Below, piece after piece: positions 36,085-46,810 of a stretch of 64,000 bases of DNA (within the stretch, counting starts at the first letter, position 1; each line of letters begins with the position of its first letter). The notes beneath the pieces were generated by a model, which was given only the letters and a program-made list of their open reading frames with translations, was not told where the DNA came from and made no database searches. The DNA comes from Macrostomum lignano. Lineage: Eukaryota. The translations under genes and the position numbers were made by a program. The stretch covers positions 1 to 64,000 of the forward strand of contig NIVC01001028.1 in NCBI GenBank assembly GCA_002269645.1, given 5' to 3'.

Positions 36085-36748
36085 GTAGTCCTTGACTAAT
36101 AGTTGAGCGCGTTTATTATTAGCTAACTTGCATAAACAACTAAAAACTGATTGACTGATTGATTGAAACCTGCGAATCGTTTCCCCCTTAAGTCAAATAG
36201 ATTCCTTTCTTCCGGCAATACGACCAGAGGGCAGCACTTGAATTTGACCGATGCCACCGCGGCCACCACGTTGGTGCTCTGCTAGCCACATGCAAAGCTT
36301 GCAGCTGTTTCATTTTTTGTCGATAAAACTTGGACCCCTGCTGCGATCGGTCAATTGCTCCTGGGCGATTTGGATCAGCACTATCGACGAGAGATATCGA
36401 TGAGTAGACGCTTCCCGTCCTACTTGAGTAGTCCTTGGCCAAGAGTTAGGCGCGTTTATTATTAGCTAACTTGCATAAACAACTTTGCCATTAAAATTGA
36501 CTGACTGATTGATTCAAACCTGCGAATCGCCCCCCCCCCTAAGTCAAATAGATTCCTTTCCTCCGGCAATACGACCAGAGGGCAGCACTTGAATTTGACC
36601 GATGCCACCGCGGCCACCACGTTGGTGCTCTGCTAGCCACATGCAAAGCTTGCAGCTGTTTCATTTTTTGTCTATAAAACTCGGACCCCTGCTGCGATCG
36701 GTCAATTGCTCCTGGGCGATTTGGATCAGCACTATCGACGAGAGATAT
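36085..36748. repeat. Tandem duplication of a ~340-bp non-coding unit
   Basis: GCGCGTTTATTATTAGCTAAC...GACGAGAGATAT occurs from ~36107 and ~36450 at high identity. Confidence 0.9.
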
Positions 36749-37124
36749 TTTCTTTCCGAAAACTAAACGATCTAACCGGTACTCGTAAGTAAAGACACTC
36801 GGTTATTCTTTTTGATAATTTTTATACTTAGGAATTTGGAATTTACAAGCATAATTTTATTTAATTTATTCACCTGGCATAAAAAATAGTTCGATACGCG
36901 GGTTATTCTAGAAGTTTTCGAGCTCAGCCCGATCACCGAGTGCTTGCAAGACTCGCTTCGACACTCATCACCCTAGATTAGTTCTCAGCTATTCAGCCTC
37001 TATATCAGACCTGCTAATTCTGATAGCTAGTTCTTCATTAGCAATGCCTGCAGTTTTTAACTTTGGATTTCTATCGGAGAAGAAAAACTTTTAACGTTGA
37101 CAATCAAAAGTCATGACAAGTATT

Positions 37125-38246
37125 GCTTTTGTCCTGCTATGTGGAGCAGTGGGCATGCAAAACGGAACGGTCCATAAGAATTCATGGCCAAGCGGTTGAA
37201 TTAACTTACAAAAGCAAACCATATATAGATAACCAGATTTTTCATGCAATATGGAACGGTACACGATCTACAGCGCATCGTCGCCGCCTTGCACGTGGAC
37301 TGTCGACGAAGGGTTGTGACAGTGTTGTTAGGAGTTAGGTTGTTAGGTGTTAGGAGTTGTTGGCATTTGGTCAACATTCTAAAAAACAAGACGGCACAGG
37401 TTGGAAGCTGCCACTTAGCACTAGCAGACACCACTTAGCAGACGGCTGCCAACAACTGGACCCTAAGCGAAACTGGGTAGTTTTTAATTTTATGTATGGC
37501 CCGAATTTCTATCGTAGCGTAGGGAGATCCCTAAGAACCATCGGAACAGAACTTCAACACGAATCCTGAAGCAGTGCATGGCACTTAAGCAGTGGAGATT
37601 CATGATAAAAATCGAGAGAGAGGCGGCTGAAGCCGTTGGGCCACGCAATCACTGCTGGAAAGTGCGCTGGGTTGGAGCTGCCCTGCAACAGATTGTTTGA
37701 ATTGTCTCTGCAGCGACATCGGTTTTGAGAGTTAATTTTTGTAAATTTTGATGCTTTCAATCTGTGACAAAATATGCTTTTTTAGCGGCTTGCGAAAACG
37801 AAGTAAGTTGCAAGCGAGAAAAGTGAAAGTTTATTTGCTTTACGCGGTAAGTATAAATAAGCACGCGATCACATGGGGAGGTGCGCCAAAAAGGTGGCAC
37901 GATTGAAGGCCAACCCCCCCCCCCCGACTTAGCATACTGACTGTCTGTCCGAGTACACCCACCCCCCAGCCTGGCGGGCAGGGGGTTTCAGTGCAGATGT
38001 ACTCGCAATCGCTGGCTGCGTGCTGATTGGGCCGCCACACTTTATTGATTCAGTTTTTATTCTTTTTTAAATAGAACTCAAATCATTTATTCTATTCTGG
38101 CTCACCGTTCCATATTGCAGGACAAATCGGCTTATCTTATGACTTGCTTTTGTAACTTTTGTAAGTTAATTCAACCGCTTGGCCATAGAGTTCTAATGGA
38201 CCGTTCCGTTTTGCATGCCCGCTGTTCCGTATAGCACGACAGAAGC
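37125..38246. mobile_element. Candidate non-autonomous DNA element with ~90-bp inverted arms
   Basis: 37125-37215 is the reverse complement of ~38155-38246; no coding capacity seen between them. Confidence 0.65.
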
Positions 38247-38365
38247 TATATTATACTGAGATGTACGTTTCCATTTATTGACTTTACAAGTTCTGTATTA
38301 GTATGCTAGTAAGAATCGCAAATGCCACGTACTTGGTTGAATTTACCAAGTAAGCATAGTCGACC

Positions 38366-38658
38366 TATACTCAACAACATTAAAAAGTCGCCACCTTTGA
38401 GAGAGCGCAGTAAATTCTGGCTCAGTATTGACTTTTGAGTGACGCAACTTGCGCCACGCGACGCAGAGTTGGGCTGGGTGAGGAGGGATTGGGAAGAGCG
38501 GAGGGCGAAGATTGGATGGATTATAAAGCTTCCGCCCGGTTTTCATTGTTTTTTAAGCATTTTTTAATATTAAAATGATTGGCCAGGTGATAGACACTGG
38601 TCGAAAGACACTGCCCACTGGGGCAAAGGGTAGTGACTTTTCAATGTTGCTGAGTATA
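38366..38658. mobile_element. MITE, same family as 9771-10051
   Basis: TATACTCAACAACATTAAAAAGTCGCCAC ... GTGACTTTTCAATGTTGCTGAGTATA. Confidence 0.75.
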
Positions 38659-39014
38659 TCTTTTATTAGAGACAGGGGCTGTGTGCACCCTGGCGCACTT
38701 TAAGTGACATTGTCACACAAATTTTTTCAAGTCATGCGACAAAATTGAAATTACATTTATTTCTATGAAATTGAATTTTTGCTGCATCTCTAGCTTTTCT
38801 ATCTAGCGTCGATGACGAATCTGAAATTACCAACTAGAGGCCCTGAATGAAATAATAGTTAAATGGTTTAAAAAAATAACTTAGTATTCGATAATATGGT
38901 TTTCCGTGTACATGTAATTATAATATTGGTAGCAGCTAATTATTGCATTGTATTTGACTCAATCGACAGCGCCAGTGGTTGATATCGATAACACAAGTCG
39001 CGTTCGTTCAAAGG

Positions 39015-42000
39015 ATGCAAGGCGCCCAGCTTCTCGTTTTCGCGCTGGCACTCAGCGCCTGCCCGATGGCAAATGCCGAAGGCTTGGGCACCAAAGTGGC
39101 CAAAAAAGCGTGGGACATTGTTCAAAACAAGCTGAACCCAAAGAGCAAGGCCGAGATGTACCAGAAAGCTGTGGACATTGTGTCGGACCACATCACCAAG
39201 TCTGCCAACAAAGCTGAGAAGCTAGCTAGTAGCTACATGTCGGCTGTGGACAAAGACCCCGGTGCTCTCATCACCAGGGAGAGCATGAAGAAGATCATAA
39301 GTGGCAGCTCATTCCTGCCGCAGAAGGCCGGCACAAGAACGGTGTCTCTGCAGTCGGATCAAGGATTCAACGGTTTCACCAACTACCAGCCATCGGGTTG
39401 GAAGATCACCGAAACAATGAGTGGTCCTACAGATAAGAAAGAGGAGCCTTCAGAGACCAAGGAGCCCGTTTACACTTACCCGATGGGCCTCGGCCCCGTT
39501 CTGCTCAACCAGTGCACGGAGAAGAACTACGACAAGACCAGCCCGTGCTACAACAGCAAGTTGTTCGACCTGCAAATCACGATCTGCTTGAATCAGATCG
39601 ACGCAGCCAACTATATCGGGGTGGGCTTCAACGGCAGAGGCTACTACAATGCGCAGAGTAGAAGAGCCAGCCTGGTTCAAAGAAGCTGCTCAAACCGAGC
39701 AACCTTCATGGGATCCGACATTCCCGACACTATGAACATATTCGGCATTTTTGAAACATTCGCCGAGACTAAGTCGTTCCAGTCAGCCGATGAGTATATG
39801 CAATACATCAGACATAAGGCTGGATTGTCCAACCAAAAGAACTTGTTCGCGAGCGAGGCCAGCAAATACGGCAAGGCCAGCGGAATCGGCTTTGATCTTG
39901 GAGGCGTTGGCGCTGCAGCGGGAGCTTTGATCGGCGCCAAGGCCGGCGGTCCAGCGGGAGCCGAAATGGGCGCGGGTCTGGGCGGGGCTATTGGTGGCAC
40001 CATCAATGGAGGCAGCGGATCTGGGTCAGGAAACGCAAAGCAGAGCGAACGGAGCAACAGTTCGTCTGCAACCAGTCACTTCGAAGCTTCAGACAAATTT
40101 CAAAAGGCCTCGAATAATTTCTTCGCGATTATGTATGTCAACGTTATTCTGTACGAGATCAGCTTGGATGAGGTGAAGCCAACAGATCTCAGTCTAGCCC
40201 TGCTTAAGGATTACATGAGCCTGCCAGTGTCCTATTTCTCCATCGGTGCTGACGTCAAGTACCAGAACTTCCTGCTGCGTTGGGGCACGCACTTCATCCG
40301 TTCAGGAAAGTTCGGAGGCCAACTGAAGATTACGAAGAGAGCGAGATCGGATAAGGTTCAGTCAGCTCAGCAGTTTGCCAGCATTGCAGAGACCGAGTTT
40401 CAATCCATGTTTGCCACTCTGCAGTCAAAATACTCGCAGAAGGAGAGCGGAATTGCTATATTCTTCATCAACACGAAGAGCAAGGAGGTTACGCAGAACA
40501 GCCAAGCCAAGGCAGGGTCTGAATACTCGAGCTCTATGAGGCAGACACAGAGCCAATCGCGTCAATTTCAGCAATCTGAGTTTACCCAGACAACCGTGGA
40601 GGCTCAAGGTGGAACTCCCGAGATTGCAGAAGCTCTCGTTGACTTTTACACCCCTGCGTTCAAGCAGATTTACCACGATTGGCTGGCGTCCATTAAGGAC
40701 TACGCTAAGCCGTTCGAGTTCCAGTTGAAAGCCATTGACGTGCTGTTTAACATGAACATGAACGACCTGTTTCCGGCTGGCAACATTGACTTCGGCTGCG
40801 TCAAGGATGGAGGCGGCAAAGCAAATATTCTCATCGAGCCCAAGACGAAACTTCGCTACTATATAGATGTTCAAACTCAGTTTTCCAACTCTACTAAGAT
40901 TGAGGTAAAGAAAAAGGTCTATTGCAAGTACTCTAAGCTGGACGACTTCAAGACAGATCTCGACAGGCGCAGAATCTCTTTGGAGAGGGCCATCGGGGTG
41001 TACATGGCAGAGGGGCCGTTTCCAACATCGACTTTCGAACTCAAAGGCGGTGAGCCAGGGTGCGAAGAGGCCACGCTTGGAGCACTGAGAGCGGCCAATA
41101 AGGGCAAGTCGGCTGTGCTCAAGTTCTCGGAGATGAAAAAGTACCCATTTCTTGTTACATTCGATTTACCAGAGGCAATCCCGGGCCTCATTCCGAAGCA
41201 GTCAAAGTTCAGACTCATCTACAGATCAGGCATGTGGTTTGCGACTGAGCCCACACAAACGACCATGCATCTGTACGATGGCTGCGAGATTCCAGAGTCC
41301 AAAGAGGCAAAGATCTGCTTCAGGAATATTATCATGACTTACAATGAAGCGTCTGGATTTCTGCGCGTTGATGCGAAAGATTTCCGTGCGACGAAAGCCA
41401 GGATACCAGCTTTGCCAATCTGGCTGGCAAATTCCGTTGTTGCCAGGGTGCAAAAGCTTGAAATTTCTGCAACCGCTAAGAACGATATGTATGGCGGCCG
41501 GGGTGCGGTTCCCTGCAACATCAAGTGGGTGAACTCGCATCGTCTTGACCCGCAGAAGGAAGAAAACTGCATTCACTTCACTGCCGCCACCTCAGGTGAC
41601 ATATTCGTCATACTTTCAGCCATTCCAAGGGACCATTCTACCTGGTACTACCTGCAGATCAATCCCGAAGGTGTTTCGTTTTACCAGGCGATGGAATTAA
41701 AACGAAGGGACACTCAGAAAGGAATGGGAATCCTTGGCGATAGCAACCTCTTTCAATCATTCTTCGTCTGTGTCGTGCAGAAGAAGGACAGAGTAACGAT
41801 GCAGTACGGAAAGGCAGATCCCGTGAGCGAGGTCGGCACCGTGTATTCGGGTTATACATTTGCACCCGACAGCCAATTCAGCCGTTTGTCATTTTATACA
41901 TTCGGGTCCGGTCGCAAGCCTGTGTCATTAATGGACATCCGTCTAACCCGAATGTTGCCCCAGGTGAAATGTTTGAGCAAAAACTACATCAATGTAGACG

Positions 42001-43533
42001 GGCACTGCGTTCTCGCGTGCCATTCGGAGTGCGATCAGTGCGATGTAGCCAGAGACAACAAGTCGTGCCGCCGGTGCAAGCACGTGCGAGTGGAGACTGG
42101 CAGCGGAAAGTTGAAAGTGACGGAGTGTTTCGCAAAATGTCCGCCTGGAACCACCTTGAAATCGTCTAAGACTGCGACTAAGAAGACTAAGGCTAAGCCG
42201 ACTGGTCTGTGCGAGAAGTGTCCGGCAGGAACCTTCAAGAGTGGCGACGGAAACCAAAAATGCAGTCCGTGTCCCAAAGGAAAAATAAGCGACGCTGGAG
42301 CCAAAAGCTGCGTAGCCTGTGAAGCCGGAACCTTCAACGACAAGCTTGGCCAGTCGAAATGCCAGCGCTGCGCACTCGGAACCTATTCAAGCGACGGTGC
42401 GGTGAGCTGCACAAAATGCCCTGTCGGGCACTATTCCGATAGTTTAGGCCAATCATCCTGCTTGCCATGCTCTTTTGGCAGCTTTGGGAAAGTCACTGGC
42501 CTGGCAAAGTGCACCCCCTGTTCGAAAGGATATTTCGCAGACAAAAAAGGTCAAACAATTTGCTCAAAGTGTCCGGCCGGGACGTCCAGTGCCAAGGGCT
42601 CGATGACTTGCAATAACAGTTGCACGAAAGGCAAATTTAGCCCTCGAAAGGGTGAGCCGTGCAGGCCGTGTCCTCCAGGCACGTACGGCGACAGTGTGGG
42701 CTCTTCCGCTTGTTCGAAGTGCAAAAAAGGCACCTACCAGTCAAATTCGGGTCGAACTTCGTGCATTTCAGCACCGATTGGTCACTTCGTGTCGAAGGAG
42801 GGGGCCACTAAACCGTCTAAATGCGCAGCAGGATCATTTACCGCTAAAACAGGAAGCATAAAATGCCGCCCGTGCTCTCCTGGAAGCTATGCGTCATCCA
42901 CCGGCTCGACCGCTTGTAAAAAATGCTCGCGCGGCTACTTCCAGCCTTCGACAGGCCAATCGAGTTGCAAAAAAGCGAGATACCATCATTATGTTAATCA
43001 GGAAGGAGCGGTGAAGGACACGCCTTGCTCTGCCGGGTACACGGCTGCTTCCGACCGCAGATCTTGCCACAAGTGCCGTCCAGGTACCTATGGCTCGGGA
43101 ACAGGTCTTGGTTGCACAGGTTGCTCATGGGGTTCCTACTCAGGAAAATATGGAAGTTTGAGCTGCACCCCATGCCCAAAAGGCTATTATCAACCTAATC
43201 ATTATGCAACTTCATGCATTCCCGCTCGGCGAGGCTATTACATCAACCGTGTGGAATCAACATCTCCTGGCTCCCAATGCGCCCCTGGCTACTATTCTGA
43301 TAAGCCGGGTCAGGCTTACTGCAAGCCTTGCCCTGCTGGACAAAGGAGTGAGAAAACACGCGGATCGACCTCGTGCCGGTATTGCGGACCTGGTACTTAT
43401 TCATCTAAGTCTGGCAGCACCCAGTGCAAAAAATGTCCATCGTCTGATTATGTCACTAATGCGGCCCGCTCTGCGTGTCACAAGTGTCCAGCCGGTTCTA
43501 TCGCGCTGAGCCAGGACAGGAGAAAGTGTTTTA
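39015..43533 (+). CDS. Secreted MACPF multidomain protein exon 1; model join(39015-43533,43631-43900,44904-45172), 1685 aa
   Basis: Signal peptide MQGAQLLVFALALSACPMANA; MACPF signature WGTHF-IRSGKF-GG at 40281-40319, IGVGFN, VEAQGG, WLASIKDYAKPFEFQL; FAMeT-like domain ~41510-41910; furin-like repeat ~42005-42150; ~26 CxxCxxGxY/F units; donor A|GTGAGC. Confidence 0.9.
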
Positions 43534-43630
43534 GTGAGCTTTTTTACTTCATTCTGATTCGAAGTTAGTCAAGGCCCTATAAAGTTCAATATACTTATTA
43601 TTCTAAATATATAAATACCAAAACTTTCAG

Positions 43631-43900
43631 AGTTCGGCGAGTGCTACTATCCTGGTAAAGACTTTGTTAGCACAAAGGTAAACCGTGCTTATGCTGGGCC
43701 GTGCCAGTCTTGGAGCGTGAAGAGCTGCTCCAAATACACCGAAGGAGTAAGTTGTCATACGCCAAACAAAAGGGTGCGTGAGGCTCAAGCAACGGGCAAC
43801 ACGTGTCGAATTATCGCCAAAGAAGGCGAAAAGAAGCCATGGTGTTACACAAAAACAGCTACGAAATGGTCTCACTGCTCGATTCCTAGATGCGGAAAAA
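43631..43900 (+). CDS. MACPF protein exon 2: kringle 1
   Basis: TTTCAG| phase 1; ECYYPG..GPCQSW..CH..NTCRII..KPWCYT..WSHCSIPRC; donor A|GTGAGT. Confidence 0.88.
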
Positions 43901-44252
43901 GTGAGTTGCTTGAATATTGATTACTCTGCAGGCTAATTATAGAGGAAAAACAACAGCAAGGCGTGTTCCGCAATGTTCTATTATGCGTGACTAATAAAAA
44001 CCCACTGTCTGGATTTTTATGATGTTAAGGTTTGTAGTTTAGAATTGATTCAATTTTAATATTTAGCAATGATGATTGAAATTTATTGCACTAAACGGAA
44101 CCTATGCCGAAATTGTGTGAGAATTAAGTGCTTTGGGAAGCTCGCACCTTGTTTGTTGTTTGAAAAAGTAAAAACTATATGAGCCTAAATGGTAGCACAA
44201 CAATTGCCCGAGACACCATTTTCTGCAATGCGTAGGGAATGAGCGTAAGACT

Positions 44253-44838
44253 CTATGATGAACTCTGTGGTAAACTCTATGGTAAACTCTATGGTAAACT
44301 CTATGGTAAACTCTATGGTAAACTCTATGGTAAACTCTATGATGGTAAACTCTATGGTAAACTCTATGGTAAACTCTATGGTAAACTCTATGGTAAACTC
44401 TATGGTAAACTCTATGGTAAACTCTATGATGGTAAACTCTATGGTAAACTCTATGGTAAACTCTATGGTAAACTCTATGGTAAACTCTATGGTAAACTCT
44501 ATGGTAAACTCTATGGTAAACTCTATGGTAAACTCTATGGTAAACTCTATGGTAAACTGTATGTTAAACTGTATGGTGAACTCTATGGTAAACTCTTTGG
44601 TAAACTGTATGGTGAACTCTATGGTAAACTCTTTGGTAAACTGTATGGTGAACTCTATGGTAAACTCTTTGGTAAACTGTAAGGCGAACTCTATGATGAA
44701 CTCTTATGGTAAACTCTTATGGTAAACAATGGTAAACTCTATGGTAAAATGTATGGTAAACTCTATGGTAAACCTTATGGTAAACTGTATTGTAAACTGT
44801 ACGGTAAACTCTATGGTAAATTATGGAAAACTCTATGC
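44253..44838. repeat. 12-bp minisatellite in MACPF gene intron 2
   Basis: Unit ATGGTAAACTCT, degenerating toward the acceptor. Confidence 0.95.
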
Positions 44839-44903
44839 TAGATTCGTTCTCATAAGTGTTTTTGCAAACTACCACCGTGGATTCATGCGCTATAATATTA
44901 CAG

Positions 44904-45172
44904 AACTGAAGGAGTGCTACAGACTTGGCAGCACAGATTACGTCTCGGGCATCAGCGTGACGGAGAGTGGCAAGACCTGTCAGTCATGGGAGATTCGCAC
45001 CTGCCCATCTGGCACCAGCGGCAAAACCTGCCACGAGCCTAGCAGCGCAGTGAAGCGTGCTAAAAAGATTGGCAACACCTGTCGGATTGTTCCCGGCGAT
45101 TCAGCCAAAAAGCCGTGGTGTTATACTACTACGAGTAAGAAGTGGGAGTATTGCAAAATTCCGCAATGCTGA
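44904..45172 (+). CDS. MACPF protein exon 3: kringle 2 and stop
   Basis: TTACAG| phase 1; ECYRLG..DY..TESGKTCQSW..CH..NTCRI..KPWCYTT..WEYCKIPQC*. Confidence 0.9.
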
Positions 45173-45619
45173 ATGATTAACCTTTACTGGAGACGGTTTA
45201 TAGTTGACGACTCAAAAATCATAAAAACTGGAAATTTTCTCTTTTGGCTTTTTAGTTTCCTCTATTTATTTCGTAATTTTACCGGGTTTATTTACGAGCG
45301 TTGTTTTTTTTCAAAGGTATTTTCATATTTAATGCTTTGCTGCCAATTCCCATAAGTTTTCCCCCTTAATAAACTGCGACGCTTACGCTTGTCTAATATT
45401 CCTTTTGACTCGTCTCTAGACTGCGGTTTGAGGGTAATTTTTCGTTGCAATATATATTAATGCAAAACAATAAAATTGAGCTTTTTAATGCCTTAGATCA
45501 TTTCTTCTATTATAAATACGCGGAGACCTATGATGGGTACATGTACTTAGATGCAATAAAGAATTGGTTTACGCTTCATGTTTCATGCAGTTAGCTAATA
45601 TCCAAGTCTAGCTACGTGA

Positions 45620-46810
45620 CGCTTGAGATTTGCCAGCAAATGCATTTTTCCTGCAGCGCATTTGGCAGCTACATTCTGTCTGCATTGCCTCCCAAATGCT
45701 TAAGTAAGTCCTGATAAAGAGATTTAGCCGATCAAAACGTTTTGATAGTAACTGCATATCCAATTCATATTTTTGTAGGTATTCAGTTCTAATACATGCA
45801 GGAGTACATCGGTGAGCTATTAATTCATGCATATGCCGTGGCGCTTTGTCGCCAAAATCTCTTTATTAAGACTTACGCGGTACTAGCATTAGAGGGGGGT
45901 TGCAATGCAGACAGAATCTGCTGCTGCGTGGCTAAATGCTCTGCAGAAAAAAGCATTGCGGGCAAATCTCGGCGGGCAATTCGTCTGCGGACAATTCTCG
46001 TGCTGGGATAACGACGTTTGCCTGCGCGACGTTTGCCTGCGGGACGTTTGCCTGCGGGACGTTTGCCTGCGGGACGTTTGCCTGCGGGACGTTTGCCTGC
46101 GGGACGTTTGCCTGCGGGACGTTTGCCTGCGGGACGTTTGCCTGCGGGACGTTTGCCTGCGGGACGTTTGCCTGCGGGACGTTTGCCTGCGGGACGTTTG
46201 CCTGCGGGACGTTTGCCTGCGGGACGTTTGCCTGCGGGACGTTTGCCTGCGGGACGTTTGCCTGCGGGACGTTTGCCTGCGGGACGTTTGCCTGCGGGAC
46301 GTTTGCCTGCGGGACGTTTGCCTGCGGGACGTTTGCCTGCGGGACGTTTGCCTGCGGGACGTTTGCCTGCGGGACGTTTGCCTGCGGGACGTTTGCCTGC
46401 GCGACGTTTGCCTGCGGGACGTTTGCCTGCGCGACGTTTGCCTGCGGGACGTTTGCCTGCGGGACGTTTGCCTGCGGGACGTTTGCCTGCGGGACGTTTG
46501 CCTGCGGGACGTTTGCCTGCGGGACGTTTGCCTGCGGGACGTTTGCCTGCGGGACGTTTGCCTGCGGGACGTTTGCCTGCGGGACGTTTGCCTGCGGGAC
46601 GTTTGCCTGCGAGACGTTTGCCAGCCGACGTTTGCCAGCCGACGTTTGCCAGCCGACGTTTGCCAGCCGACGTTTGCCAGCCGACGTTTGCCAGCCGACG
46701 TTTGCCAGCCGACGTTTGCCAGCCGACGTTTGCCAGCCGACGTTTGCCAGCCGACGTTTGCCAGCCGACGTTTGCCAGCCGACGTTTGCCAGCCGACGTT
46801 TGCCAGCCAA
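45620..46810. mobile_element. Foldback element whose outer 15-bp unit is amplified into a satellite
   Basis: Inverted arms 45620-45725 and 45855-45975, homologous to 9110-9600; then ~40 x GACGTTTGCCTGCGG (46013-46612) and ~14 x CGACGTTTGCCAGC. Confidence 0.75.

Noticed and set aside
38979-39014. ORF-track start of the MACPF protein
   Set aside because: Non-ATG start; the ATG at 39015 directly begins a clean signal peptide.
39015-43533. Claim of bacterial horizontal transfer of the MACPF gene
   Set aside because: The Gly zipper and intronless core are suggestive only; the signal peptide, Cys-rich repeats, kringles and spliceosomal introns are eukaryotic. Needs a phylogeny.
44239-44838. KLYG and MVNS repeat ORFs, including the N-terminal part of ORF 44729-45172
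   Set aside because: Intronic 12-bp array; only 44904-45172 is a supported exon.
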